From NCBI GenBank assembly GCA_024711145.1, contig JANJTJ010000121.1:1-62029 (forward strand): a stretch of 62,029 nucleotides of DNA. Direction: 5' to 3'. How positions within the stretch are numbered: position 1 is the stretch's first letter; each line of letters begins with the position of its first letter. This document shows positions 48,959-58,752 of this stretch, piece by piece. The stretch comes from Balneolales bacterium. Its GTDB lineage: Bacteria > Bacteroidota > Rhodothermia > Balneolales > HLUCCA01. The position numbers were made by a program, and so were the translations under genes. Under the pieces are notes generated by a model that worked only from the letters and a program-made list of their open reading frames with translations, had not been told where the DNA came from and made no database searches.

Positions 48959-49872
48959 GCGAGATCGCCGGCCGCGTACTCAAATCCACCGGAAGCTGGT
49001 ACACGGTCCAACCCGGGTCGGGCCCGGTGGTCATGTGCCGGTTGCCGGGCCGATTCCGCATGGACGTCAAAGAGGAGACTAACCCGATCGCCGTGGGCGA
49101 CCGGGTGGACTTCGTGGTGCAGGAAGACGGCAGCGGCCAGATCGTGACCATCGGCGAACGGCGGAACACCGTAGTTCGCCAGGCCACCCATGGCCGCCGG
49201 GGTTCGCAAGTGCTGGCCGCCAACGTGGACCTGGCCGTGTGCGTGGTATCGGTAGCCAAACCTGTCTACAAAACCGGATTCGTGGATCGCTTTCTGGTCA
49301 CTTGCGATGCCAACCAGGTACCTCCGCTGATCTTCGTGAACAAATACGACCTGGCCCGACCCGAAGACCGGGAACGGTTGGAGGAGCTCACCGAGCTGTA
49401 TGCGGGCCTGGGATACGACTGGATGGTCGGAAGCGCCCTCGACCCCACCACCCTGGCCGCTTTGAACCAACGCATCGGCGACGGCATCGTGATGTTCATG
49501 GGGCCTTCCGGTACCGGAAAAAGCTCCCTGCTGAACGCCCTGGCGCCCGGCCTGCGGCGGGAGACCGCCGAAGTGAGCCGGTTTTCCAACAAAGGCATGC
49601 ACACCACCACCTACGCCGAACTGTTGCCTTTGCCCAACGGTGGCTATGTGGCCGACACCCCCGGCATCCGCGAATTCGGCCTGGTGGACATCGACGCACC
49701 CGGATTGTCCAACTTTTTTCCGGAAATGCGGCATCTGCGCGAAAAATGCCGCTATTACAACTGCACCCACGTCCACGAGCCGGATTGCGCGGTTATGGCC
49801 GCATACGAGGCCGGCGAAGTGCATCCGGAACGCTATATGAACTACCTCCAGATCCTCGAAAGCGTGCGTTGA
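48955..49872 (+). CDS. rsgA: Ribosome small subunit-dependent GTPase
   Basis: NKYDL, GPSGTGKSS, KGMHTTT, DTPG, CRYYNCTHVHEPDC; ATGA overlap with lon. Confidence 0.96.
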   Translation: MSEIAGRVLKSTGSWYTVQPGSGPVVMCRLPGRFRMDVKEETNPIAVGDRVDFVVQEDGSGQIVTIGERRNTVVRQATHGRRGSQVLAANVDLAVCVVSVAKPVYKTGFVDRFLVTCDANQVPPLIFVNKYDLARPEDRERLEELTELYAGLGYDWMVGSALDPTTLAALNQRIGDGIVMFMGPSGTGKSSLLNALAPGLRRETAEVSRFSNKGMHTTTYAELLPLPNGGYVADTPGIREFGLVDIDAPGLSNFFPEMRHLREKCRYYNCTHVHEPDCAVMAAYEAGEVHPERYMNYLQILESVR

Positions 49873-49900
49873 TCGCCCGCTGAAAAAATAGCGGTTGCAT

Positions 49901-49934
49901 TTCGGGGATTATGGAACGGATTTTGGTGATTATG
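49901..49934 (+). promoter_or_regulatory. Imperfect 13-bp direct repeat, 21-bp offset, upstream of the OMP gene
   Basis: TTCGGGGATTATG (49901-49913) and TTTGGTGATTATG (49922-49934), 11/13 identical. Confidence 0.4.
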
Positions 49935-49996
49935 CTTGGACCAGGCATAACGCCATGTCAATCAATCCCTTCCGCAATCGAACACGAGGTAATCTG

Positions 49997-51091
49997 ATGG
50001 TAAAAACCAACAAAATGAAACTTCTGGTGGCCTCCTTGGCCTTTCTGGGAGTCACTTCCACGGCGCATGCGCAGTTGGAAGACGCTGGTGAGATTCTACG
50101 GGCCGGTGCCGCCGATGCCAATGTGCTATTGGGCGAATACCTGAAACCCTTCGGCCGCGGATTCGGCGCCGGTCTGAACTCGGGCTGGGTGGGCGTAGCC
50201 AAACCCCACAGCTTCCTGGGCTTCGACGTGACCATCCGCGCCACCATGGCCCAAGTGCCCACGGCCGACCAATCCTTCGACCTGCAACCCCTGGTGGACA
50301 GCGGCCGGCTCACCAACATCCGGCCCATGAATGCCAACAACACGGTAACCCCGACCATTTCGGGCGATGGCGACGGCGTTCCGGTGGGTCTGTATTCCTC
50401 TGGCGGCCAGCTCCTGGACGATTTCGAAATGCCTCCCGGCACCGAAGTCCCCTATGTGCCTACGCCCATGGTACAAGCCAGCGTGGGTGTGCTCTTCAAC
50501 ACCGACGTGACCCTGCGTTTCGTGCCTGAAACCGAACTGGGCGATGCCGGCACCATCTCGCTCTTCGGCCTGGGCGTGAAACACGACATCGGGCAGTGGA
50601 TTCCCGTGGTCAGCGCCATGCCGATCGATGTGATGGCGTTCTACGGGTTCACGAACCTGAAAACCAGCGCCACCCTCAATGTGCGTCCCGAAAACCCGGC
50701 ACCCGCCAACACCCAGAATCCCTACCCGGATTCCGAATGGGATGGGCAGGAAATCCAACTGGAATCGTCCGGTACCAACATGGGTATCATCGTGGGCAAA
50801 TCGCTTCCGCTGATCTCGGTGTATGGCGGTATCGGCCGTTCCAGCTCCACCACCGACATCCTCACCGTGGGCAATTACCCGGTGATCAAACCCGATCCGG
50901 TAGCCGGCAACCCGACCCGCCGCAGCTACGACAGCATCGCGGATCCGGTGAACCTGTCCATGGACGGTGCCAACAAGACCTATGCCATGGTAGGCGGCCG
51001 CCTGAAACTGCTGTTGCTGACCTTCAGCGCCGATTACACCATCGCCGAGTACAACATGTTGTCGGTAGGCGTCGGGATTTCGTTCCGCTGA
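49997..51091 (+). CDS. Secreted/outer-membrane beta-barrel protein (DUF6588-like)
   Basis: GAGGT RBS before ATG 49997; signal peptide ending AHA-Q; YLKPFGRGFG..LNSGW...AKPH..LGFD, P.PMVQASVG, GLGVKHDI; ends GISFR. Confidence 0.7.
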   Translation: MVKTNKMKLLVASLAFLGVTSTAHAQLEDAGEILRAGAADANVLLGEYLKPFGRGFGAGLNSGWVGVAKPHSFLGFDVTIRATMAQVPTADQSFDLQPLVDSGRLTNIRPMNANNTVTPTISGDGDGVPVGLYSSGGQLLDDFEMPPGTEVPYVPTPMVQASVGVLFNTDVTLRFVPETELGDAGTISLFGLGVKHDIGQWIPVVSAMPIDVMAFYGFTNLKTSATLNVRPENPAPANTQNPYPDSEWDGQEIQLESSGTNMGIIVGKSLPLISVYGGIGRSSSTTDILTVGNYPVIKPDPVAGNPTRRSYDSIADPVNLSMDGANKTYAMVGGRLKLLLLTFSADYTIAEYNMLSVGVGISFR

Positions 51092-51111
51092 TTCCGGCCA
51101 CTTGCATGCCT

Positions 51112-51141
51112 GAAAAAAGCCCGCGAAAGCGGGCTTTTTTC
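51112..51141. terminator. Bidirectional intrinsic terminator
   Basis: GAAAAAA-GCCCGC-GAAA-GCGGGC-TTTTTTC perfect hairpin with GNRA loop. Confidence 0.92.
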
Positions 51142-51166
51142 GTTAATGGAGGTCACATCATCATCA

Positions 51167-51640
51167 TCATTTAACACTTGCAGTCAACTGACCCACTTTT
51201 TCCCAGCTCGGATCCGCATCCAACACAACCGTGATCATCAACTGGCTTGAATCGTTTGTTGCAGATGCCATAGTTTTCATATCAGCCGTGATTTGTTCCG
51301 GTTTCAGCATATACATACCACCCGTAGATGCATCAATAACAAGACCGATTAATCCACCAAATACGATATTACCCCAAACCCACCCGGATACAGATCGGGT
51401 TAGGGCTAATTCATATGGATTATAACCTTGCAGTTCTATGCGTACTACATGTGCATCTTTTCTTTTCAATTCTATGACAGCTGGTGTCGTACCACGATTC
51501 TGACCATTTATACTGATTGTTGCTCCAGATGGATTGCTGTTGATTGACACTGATTGTGTGGTTGAATTTATAATAGTTCCACAACTTGTCGTTACTGTAA
51601 TGAAACCTACCAGACAGAGTGTTCTATATATCATAATCAT
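51167..51640 (-). CDS. AT-rich PEGA-domain lipoprotein (probably horizontally acquired)
   Basis: Lipobox-like TTS-C20; SINSNPSGATISING...GTTP PEGA pattern; glycine-rich hydrophobic hairpin; 33-45% GC in sampled 60-nt lines. Confidence 0.75.
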   Translation of the reverse strand: MIMIYRTLCLVGFITVTTSCGTIINSTTQSVSINSNPSGATISINGQNRGTTPAVIELKRKDAHVVRIELQGYNPYELALTRSVSGWVWGNIVFGGLIGLVIDASTGGMYMLKPEQITADMKTMASATNDSSQLMITVVLDADPSWEKVGQLTASVK

Positions 51641-51697
51641 GGCGCATTAAGACTTGTTTACTAGTGATTTATTTGCCCTCGATTGTCGAGTGTTGAC

Positions 51698-51726
51698 AAC
51701 TTATGTAATTACAACTGTTGTGTCAA
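51698..51726 (-). promoter_or_regulatory. Sigma70-type promoter of the PEGA lipoprotein gene
   Basis: Minus-strand TTGACA (51726-51721), 17 nt, TAAGTT (51703-51698). Confidence 0.6.
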
Positions 51727-51736
51727 CTATTGAAAA

Positions 51737-54496
51737 TCAGTGGGCGTCCAGCCAGTTGTCGGCCAGGCCGGTTTCGGCCTTCAGGGGCACGCCGATGTGC
51801 ATGGCCTGCTCCATCTCCTCCAGGATGGCCTGCGGCACGGCGGCGCATTCGGCATCGGGCACTTCGAACACGAGTTCGTCATGTACCTGCAGCAGCATGC
51901 GGGTGCCCCACCCTTCGCGACGGATGCGCTCGTCGATGCGCAACATGGCCACTTTGATGAGGTCGGCCGCCGTGCCTTGGATGGGCGTGTTGATGGCGGT
52001 ACGCTCGGCGAACTGCCGGGCATTGACGTTGGAGGCATGGATGTCGCGGATGGGCCGGCGCCGCCCGCCCAAGGTGCGCACGTAGCCATGCTCCCGCGCG
52101 AAGGCCACGGTTTCCTCCATGTACTTGAGGATGCCCGGGAACCGGATGAAATAGGCGTCGATGAGGGCCTTGCCCTCGGCGTTGCTGATGCCCAGGCGCT
52201 GGGCCAGACCGAAGGCGCTCACACCGTAGGGGATGCCGAAATTCACTTCCTTGGCCTTGCGCCGCGCTTCCCGGTCCACCGGCTCCCCTTCCGGTATGCC
52301 GAACAGCGCACGCGCCGTGCCGGCGTGGATATCCTCACCCGACTCGAACGCGCCTTTCATGTTCACATCGTCGGATATGGCGGCGATCACCCGTAGCTCG
52401 ATCTGGGAATAATCGGCCGAAAGCAGCTTGTAGCCCGGTTCGGCGATGAACGCCTTCCGGATCTCCCTGCCATTCTCGCTGCGGATGGGGATGTTCTGCA
52501 AATTGGGGTTCGAACTGGCCAACCGCCCCGTGGCGGCCACGGCCTGGTTGTAGCTGGTGTGCACGCGCCCGTCCCGATCCAGGATCTGCTTGGGCAGCGT
52601 GTCCACATAGGTGGATTTCAGCTTGGCCAACCCCCGGTACTCGAGTACCAGGGCCGGCAGTTCGTACTGAGGCGCCAGGCGCTGGAGCACGTCTTCCGAG
52701 GTGCTGAACTGGCCCGTCGCGGTCTTCTTGCCGCTGGGGAGTTTCAGCTTGTTGAAGAGGATGTCGCCCAGCTGCACGGGCGAATTGATGTTGAAGGGGC
52801 CGCCCGCCGCCGCGAAGATGCGTTCCTCCAGGGCGATCATCTGGGTACCCAGCTCTTTGGAGAACTCCTGCAGGCGGTCCAGGTCCACCTTGATGCCCAC
52901 CTCTTCCATGCGGGTGAGCACGCGGATGAGGGGGAATTCGATGCGGTAGGCGATGGCTTCCAGATCCTGCTCCTTGAGCAGGGGTTCCAGATGGCGGAAC
53001 AGACGGAAGGTGATGTCGGCATCTTCGGCGGCATAGGTGGCCACCTGCTCCACAGGCACCTCGGCCATGGTTTTCTGGGTGCGGCCGCTGCCGATGAGCG
53101 ATTCGATGGGAATGGGGTCGTACCCGAGCAGATTCCGGCTGAGGGCGTCCATACCCAGGGGCTGACCCGGATCGATCAGATAGGCCGCCACCATGGTATC
53201 GAACAGGTCACCGACGGGATCGATACCGTACCGGCGCACCATCTGCAGGTCGTATTTGGCGTTGTGGGCCACCCAGAGGCGGGGTCGGGCGAAGAGCGGG
53301 CGCAAGGCGTCGAGCACGGCGGGGTCGGCCACCGACACGTACCAGGCGGTTCCTGGCCCGGCGCAAAGCGAAATGCCCAGCAAGGCGGCCGTATGGGCAT
53401 CCACACCCGTGGTCTCCGTGTCGAAACAGAGCACGGGCTCGGCATCGAGCCGGGCGGCCAGGGCCGCGGCGGCGGGCGCGTCGGCAATCAGGGTGTAGGC
53501 GACCGCCGCCGCGTCGTAGGTGGCCCAAGGCGAACCGGAAGGCGCCGGCGCACCACCGGGAGCGGCGCCTTGGGCCACCCCGAACAGGTCGGCCTGGCCG
53601 CTTTCGGTGGCGCCACCACGGGCCGCTTCGGTGAACTGGCGCGTGAGGGTCTTGAACCCCATGCGCCCGAAGAACGCGGCCAGGCCGGCCGCATCCGGCC
53701 CGGGCCAGGCATAGGTTTCCCAGGTGCCCAGGTCTTCGCAATCGGTCTTGATGGTGACCAACTGCTGCGACAGACGCACCCGGGCCGGGTCAGCCGTCAG
53801 GCCCTCACGCACCCGCTTCTGCGGAATGTCGGGCGCGGCGGCCAACAGGGCGTCCAGGCTGCCATATTGCAGGATGAGTTCCGGTGCGCCTTTCTTGCCG
53901 ATTCCGGCCACACCGGGCACGTTGTCGCTGCTGTCGCCGATCAGTGTGAGCACATCGACGACCTGCTCGGGCGGCACGCCGAAATAGGCGATCACCCCGT
54001 CCCGATCGATCAGGTCGAAGCCGTCCTCCTTCTGCTTGGGTTTCATCATGCGCACGTTGCCGCCCACAAGCTGCATGTAGTCTTTGTCGGGCGTTACCAG
54101 ATACACATCCACCTCCTTTCCTTGGGCCTGCACCGCGAGGGTACCGATGAGGTCGTCGGCCTCGATGCCGTCGCGGATGAGGTTGGGGATGCGGAAATGG
54201 CCCAGCATTTCCTGGATGAGCGGAATGCCGGTTTTGATCTCCTCGGGCGTGGGCGGCCGGTGGGCTTTGTAGGCCTCGTCCATCCGGTGGCGGAAGGTGG
54301 GCGCGGAGGTGTCCCAGGCTACCGCCACATGGGTGGGTTTTTCCACCTGGATGAGCCGAACCAAGGCCTGCGCGAATCCGAATACGGGCCCGGTCGCCTG
54401 GCCCTCCGCATTGCGCAGGTTCGCGTTCACGAATGCGAAATGTGCGCGATAGGCCAGCGCGGTACCATCTATCAGAAACAGCCGGGGTCGGGACAT
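51737..54496 (-). CDS. polA: DNA polymerase I
   Basis: 5' nuclease (LIDG...EADDLIG..DKD, GDSSDN), 3'-5' exo (CFDTETT, HNAKYD), polymerase (RLASSNPNLQNIP, ADYSQIELR, KEVNFGIPYG, VHDE). Confidence 0.99.
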   Translation of the reverse strand: MSRPRLFLIDGTALAYRAHFAFVNANLRNAEGQATGPVFGFAQALVRLIQVEKPTHVAVAWDTSAPTFRHRMDEAYKAHRPPTPEEIKTGIPLIQEMLGHFRIPNLIRDGIEADDLIGTLAVQAQGKEVDVYLVTPDKDYMQLVGGNVRMMKPKQKEDGFDLIDRDGVIAYFGVPPEQVVDVLTLIGDSSDNVPGVAGIGKKGAPELILQYGSLDALLAAAPDIPQKRVREGLTADPARVRLSQQLVTIKTDCEDLGTWETYAWPGPDAAGLAAFFGRMGFKTLTRQFTEAARGGATESGQADLFGVAQGAAPGGAPAPSGSPWATYDAAAVAYTLIADAPAAAALAARLDAEPVLCFDTETTGVDAHTAALLGISLCAGPGTAWYVSVADPAVLDALRPLFARPRLWVAHNAKYDLQMVRRYGIDPVGDLFDTMVAAYLIDPGQPLGMDALSRNLLGYDPIPIESLIGSGRTQKTMAEVPVEQVATYAAEDADITFRLFRHLEPLLKEQDLEAIAYRIEFPLIRVLTRMEEVGIKVDLDRLQEFSKELGTQMIALEERIFAAAGGPFNINSPVQLGDILFNKLKLPSGKKTATGQFSTSEDVLQRLAPQYELPALVLEYRGLAKLKSTYVDTLPKQILDRDGRVHTSYNQAVAATGRLASSNPNLQNIPIRSENGREIRKAFIAEPGYKLLSADYSQIELRVIAAISDDVNMKGAFESGEDIHAGTARALFGIPEGEPVDREARRKAKEVNFGIPYGVSAFGLAQRLGISNAEGKALIDAYFIRFPGILKYMEETVAFAREHGYVRTLGGRRRPIRDIHASNVNARQFAERTAINTPIQGTAADLIKVAMLRIDERIRREGWGTRMLLQVHDELVFEVPDAECAAVPQAILEEMEQAMHIGVPLKAETGLADNWLDAH

Positions 54497-54539
54497 GCTT
54501 ACCTTGGGTCGGTTTTAAAAGGGCAAAATAGGAACGGAC

Positions 54540-55634
54540 GTGAAGAACGAAGCCAAGTCGATCTATCGGGAATACACACAGGGCATGACCCGCCAGAACC
54601 TGGGACGCGAGTTCCACGCCGATTCCAACCGGCTCAAGGAACTCTACCGGGAGGCCATCGGCGACCCGTTGGACGACGAGGGCAAACCGGTTTCGCTCGG
54701 TACCAAGATATCCCGGTTGGTGGGTGCGCTCAGCGTGCGCATGAGCCCGGTACGGCGGCTCATTTTCGCCGGCTCCCTCACCGGTTTCCTCTATCATTAC
54801 ATCAGCAGCAACGGCATCCTGCACGATCTGGCCATGCCGTTGGCATTCGCCGGGGTGGTCATGATCCTGTTCGTGGAATTGTTGGAGAAACTGGATGTGA
54901 AGAAGGAGATCGATCTGGCGCGCGACATCCAGCTCAGTCTGCTCCCATCTCCCCAGTTCCAGCAGAACGGCTTGCAGATCGTGAGTTTCGCGAACACGGC
55001 CAACGAGGTGGGTGGCGATTATGTGGATGTGGTGGCCACCGAAAAAGGCACCTATCTGGTCATCGCGGATGTGTCGGGCAAGGGATTGTCGGCCGCCTTG
55101 TACATGTTGCGCATGCAGGCCATGGTGCATCTGCTCATCAAGAAATTCCATCCCACTCCGAAAGACCTGTTCCTGGAACTGAACGAATACATCAAATCCG
55201 GCAAGGACGACAAGACCTTCGTAACGGCCTGTTGCGCCTTCTTCCCGAAAGGGGCCGACCATTTCATGATGGTTCGTGCCGGGCACAACGCCCCCATGAT
55301 CTACAAACGGGAGCAGGATGCCGTGCTCGACCTGAAAACCACCGGGTTCGCCCTGGGCATGACCACCAATTCCCGCCTGGAGGTTTTCATGAAAGAAGCC
55401 AAGATCTCGTTCGCCAAGGGCGATTCCCTGCTCATGTACACCGACGGGCTGAACGAAGCCCGTTCCCCCGAGGGCGAGGAATACGGAGACACCCGCCTGC
55501 GCACCTTGTTGGAGCTCTATGGTGCGCTCGAAACCCGCACCATCGCCAAGAAGATCCAGCATTCGCTGGAGCAGTTCATCGGCGAGGAGAAACCCGCCGA
55601 CGACATCACCTTCAGCGTGATCAAGCGCGTGTAG
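54540..55634 (+). CDS. Membrane-anchored SpoIIE/RsbU-type PP2C phosphatase
   Basis: Two TM helices then [26 protein letters not shown] motifs; GTG start. Confidence 0.9.
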   Translation: MKNEAKSIYREYTQGMTRQNLGREFHADSNRLKELYREAIGDPLDDEGKPVSLGTKISRLVGALSVRMSPVRRLIFAGSLTGFLYHYISSNGILHDLAMPLAFAGVVMILFVELLEKLDVKKEIDLARDIQLSLLPSPQFQQNGLQIVSFANTANEVGGDYVDVVATEKGTYLVIADVSGKGLSAALYMLRMQAMVHLLIKKFHPTPKDLFLELNEYIKSGKDDKTFVTACCAFFPKGADHFMMVRAGHNAPMIYKREQDAVLDLKTTGFALGMTTNSRLEVFMKEAKISFAKGDSLLMYTDGLNEARSPEGEEYGDTRLRTLLELYGALETRTIAKKIQHSLEQFIGEEKPADDITFSVIKRV

Positions 55635-57609
55635 CGGCGGCCACCACGGCCTCTACCGTGAGCCCGAACTCCTTGTACAGGGTCTGGTAAGGTGCCGAAG
55701 CGCCGAAATGGTCCAGGCCGATGGCGGTACCGGCATCGCCGGTCCAACGGCTCCAGCCGAAGGTGGAGGCCGCTTCGATGGACACCCGGCGTTTGACCGA
55801 GGCCGGCAGCACCGATTCGCGGTAGGCGGCCGGTTGTGCCGAGAACAACTCCCAACTGGGCATGCTCACCAGGCGGGCGGCGGTACCGGCTTCGGTGAGG
55901 CGGCGCCAGGCGGCGTATGCGATCTCCACTTCCGAACCGGTCGCCATCAGGAGCACTTCGGGCTTGCCCCCGGGCGCATCGGCCAGCACGTAGGCGCCTT
56001 TGGCCACCAGATCCCAGGGACGGGCCGTTTCGGCCATGGTGGGCAGGTTCTGGCGGGTGAGCACCAGGCAGGTGGGGCCTTCGGTACGCTCCAGGGCCAC
56101 TTTCCAGGCGGCCGAGGTTTCGTTGGCATCGGCCGGCCGCAGCACCAGGTTGTTCGGAATGGCACGCAAGGCCGCCAGATGTTCGATGGGTTGATGGGTG
56201 GGGCCGTCTTCGCCCAGGCCGATGGAGTCGTGTGTGAAGACGTAGATGACCCGGATGCCCATGAGGGCGGCCATGCGGATGGCCGGGCGGCAGTAGTCGC
56301 TGAAGACCAGGAAGGTGCCGCCATAGGGCACCACGGACCCATGCAGGGACATGCCGTTCATGATGGATCCCATGGCATGCTCCCGCACCCCGTAGTGTAC
56401 GTAGTTGCCGGAAAGGTCGCCGGGCACCAAGGCCTTGAACCCCTTGAAGTTGGTGAGGTTGGAACCGCCCAGGTCGGCCGTACCGCCCATCACGCCCGGT
56501 ATGCGGGGACCGGCGGCGTCCAGCGCGTTGCCGCTGGCTTTCCGAGTGGCCATGCCTTTGGCATCGGCCGCGTAGGTCGGCAATACCGCGGTCCAATCCA
56601 CGGTTTTGCGGTTCATGCAGGCGTCCAGGTAGGCGGCCCGCTCGGGCGCTTCCGATTTCAGCCCCTCCAATTCGGCTTCCCAATGGGTGCGCAGGTCGCG
56701 GCCTTTGTCCAAGGCCTGGCGGAAGTGCGCCGCCACATCGGTCGGAATATGGAACGTGGCGTCGGGGTCCCACCCGTAGGCCTCTTTGGTAAGGCGCGCT
56801 TCCGTTTCGCCCAGGGGTGAGCCGTGCGATTCGTGCGAATTCTCCTTGTTCGGGCTTCCGTACCCGATGCGGGTGCGGCAAGCGATGAGCGAGGGTTTGT
56901 CGGATACCAGCTGGGCCTGGGCGATGGCCGCCCGGATGGCGTCGCGGTCGTGGCCGTCCACGGCGGCGGTGTGCCATCCGTAGGCTTCGAACCGGGCCAA
57001 CACATCTTCGGTGAAGGCCAGGTCGGTGGATCCGTCGATGGTGATCTTGTTATCGTCGTACAGGTAGATCAGATTGCCCAGCTTCAGGTGGCCGGCCAGG
57101 GAGGCCGCCTCCTGGCTCACCCCTTCCATGAGGTCGCCGTCCGAAACGATGGCATAAATGGTGTGGTCAACCGGTTTGCGGGTATCCGTGTTCACCTGGG
57201 CGGCCAGATGGCCGGCGGCGATGGCCATGCCCACGCCGTTGGCGAACCCCTGGCCCAGGGGACCCGTGGTGGTTTCCACGCCGGCCGTATGGCGGAACTC
57301 GGGGTGACCCGGGGTTTTGCTGCCCCACTGGCGGAACCGCTTGATCTCGTCCAGGCTCAGGTCGTACCCGGTGAGGTGCAGCAGGCTGTACAGCAACATG
57401 CTGCCGTGCCCGGCCGACAGGATGAACCGGTCGCGATCGAACCAATCGGGCCGGGCGGGGTCGTGCCGCAGGAATTCGGTCCACAGCACGAAGGCCGCGT
57501 CGGCCATACCCATGGGCATGCCCGGATGGCCCGAATTGGCCTGGTTCACGGCATCGATGCTCAGGGTTCTGATGGTGTCTACACAGCGTTGGTCCAAGGT
57601 GCGGGACAT
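55621..57609 (-). CDS. tkt: Transketolase
   Basis: [38 protein letters not shown]; start MSRTLDQ at 57609. Confidence 0.98.
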   Translation of the reverse strand: MSRTLDQRCVDTIRTLSIDAVNQANSGHPGMPMGMADAAFVLWTEFLRHDPARPDWFDRDRFILSAGHGSMLLYSLLHLTGYDLSLDEIKRFRQWGSKTPGHPEFRHTAGVETTTGPLGQGFANGVGMAIAAGHLAAQVNTDTRKPVDHTIYAIVSDGDLMEGVSQEAASLAGHLKLGNLIYLYDDNKITIDGSTDLAFTEDVLARFEAYGWHTAAVDGHDRDAIRAAIAQAQLVSDKPSLIACRTRIGYGSPNKENSHESHGSPLGETEARLTKEAYGWDPDATFHIPTDVAAHFRQALDKGRDLRTHWEAELEGLKSEAPERAAYLDACMNRKTVDWTAVLPTYAADAKGMATRKASGNALDAAGPRIPGVMGGTADLGGSNLTNFKGFKALVPGDLSGNYVHYGVREHAMGSIMNGMSLHGSVVPYGGTFLVFSDYCRPAIRMAALMGIRVIYVFTHDSIGLGEDGPTHQPIEHLAALRAIPNNLVLRPADANETSAAWKVALERTEGPTCLVLTRQNLPTMAETARPWDLVAKGAYVLADAPGGKPEVLLMATGSEVEIAYAAWRRLTEAGTAARLVSMPSWELFSAQPAAYRESVLPASVKRRVSIEAASTFGWSRWTGDAGTAIGLDHFGASAPYQTLYKEFGLTVEAVVAAATRA

Positions 57610-57653
57610 GGGAAAAACCGGATTGGTGAATGGGTGGCCCAAGATACGGACAC

Positions 57654-57687
57654 AAAAAAAGCCGGACGGGGAAGCGTCCGGCTTTTT
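57654..57687. terminator. Intrinsic terminator after the TPR gene
   Basis: AAAAAAA-GCCGGACG-GGGAAG-CGTCCGGC-TTTTT; gives a U7 tail on the minus strand. Confidence 0.88.
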
Positions 57688-57711
57688 CGGAGGATGATGC
57701 TCAGTCGGGCA

Positions 57712-58692
57712 TCAGGTACCGCATTTCAGTTCGTGCGTCATGGCGTGTTCCGAAGAGGCGCGGAAGTCGCCGTAGCTGGCGTTCTTGTAGGCTTCGCAGG
57801 CGGCCGACACGTTGCCTTTGAATTTCTGGGCGGTGCCAACTTCGAACCAGATGCGGGCGCGGTCCACCGGGCCGCCCTGTTCGAACGTGAGCGCCTTGTT
57901 GGCACTTTCCAGGGCCAGGTCGAACTCGGCGCGCACATTGTAGATCTCGGCCAGGCGGTAGTGCAGCTCGGCATCTTCAGGCTGATACTGCAGGGCCTGT
58001 TTCAGGTACTGGATGGCGTCGTCGAAGCGTTTGGCTTCCTTCTCGCGGGCGGCCAGAAGCAGCAGGAAGTTGCGGGCGGCGGAGGTGGCGGCTTCGCCGA
58101 CCTGGCGGTTGCGGCCGGTGCCGAGCTGGATGGCCCGGTCGAAATTGGCCAGGGCCTGTTCCAGATTGTCCAGGTTCCGGTAGGCCAACCCTTTGTTGTA
58201 GTATGCGGCGGCATAATTCTGCTGGATACCCAGGGCCTTGTCGAACAGGGCGATGGCCGCTTCATTGTCGCCGGCCTGCAGGGTTTCGGTGCCATGCCCC
58301 ACATACACCTGCATCAGGAATTGTTCGGCGCGTTGGGCGATCTGCTGGTTGTTGTATTTCCGGGCTTCGGTAATCGTACGCTGGAACTCCACCTCGGCGG
58401 CGGCCCAGTTCTCGGCACGGGCCGATTGGATGCCGATGGCCATGTACAGCTGGGGAATCTGGCCTTCGGCGCGGCGACGGATCTCGGCGCCCTGCTCGCC
58501 CAGGCTTCCGCTGATGTTCACCACCCGCTCGAATGCGGCGATGGATTCGCGGTAGCGGTTCTGTTTGGCCAGTTCGTCGCCCTGGTTGTAGGCGGTAACG
58601 GCATCCTCGTAGGTCTGGGCCGCAGCCGGTACGGCCAAGGCGACCATCGTGACCACGAAGAATGCCCGGATGGCGGTAGTGAAGCGTTTCAT
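57712..58692 (-). CDS. Secreted tetratricopeptide-repeat protein
   Basis: Signal peptide ending AAA-Q; repeated TPR helices (AYYNKGLAYRNL...ALANFDRAI, LHYRLAEIY). Confidence 0.85.
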   Translation of the reverse strand: MKRFTTAIRAFFVVTMVALAVPAAAQTYEDAVTAYNQGDELAKQNRYRESIAAFERVVNISGSLGEQGAEIRRRAEGQIPQLYMAIGIQSARAENWAAAEVEFQRTITEARKYNNQQIAQRAEQFLMQVYVGHGTETLQAGDNEAAIALFDKALGIQQNYAAAYYNKGLAYRNLDNLEQALANFDRAIQLGTGRNRQVGEAATSAARNFLLLLAAREKEAKRFDDAIQYLKQALQYQPEDAELHYRLAEIYNVRAEFDLALESANKALTFEQGGPVDRARIWFEVGTAQKFKGNVSAACEAYKNASYGDFRASSEHAMTHELKCGT

Positions 58693-58708
58693 GATGCGTT
58701 CGTCGGTT

Positions 58709-58752
58709 GGGTTGGTGGTTCTCTATCTGGTAAAGGAACGGGTTGGTGGTTC
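58709..58752. repeat. Exact 13-bp direct repeat GGGTTGGTGGTTC x2, 31-bp offset
   Basis: 58709-58721 and 58740-58752, in the leader of the TPR gene. Confidence 0.8.

Noticed and set aside
49580-49615. RsgA G2 motif KGMHTTT instead of RGRHTTT as a sign of inactivation
   Set aside because: To my knowledge this variant is usual in Bacteroidota-related RsgA; all other GTPase and zinc motifs are intact.
51146-51250. Small plus-strand ORF (MEVTSSSS...) and a His5-like CAT run
   Set aside because: Antisense to the lipoprotein and produced by the (TCA)n repeat; no RBS or coding signal.
51092-51736. Integron cassette (attC) or IS origin for the AT-rich gene
   Set aside because: No RYYYAAC...GTTRRRY pair downstream of the gene; the downstream hairpin is an ordinary terminator; no transposase, integrase or clear target duplication.
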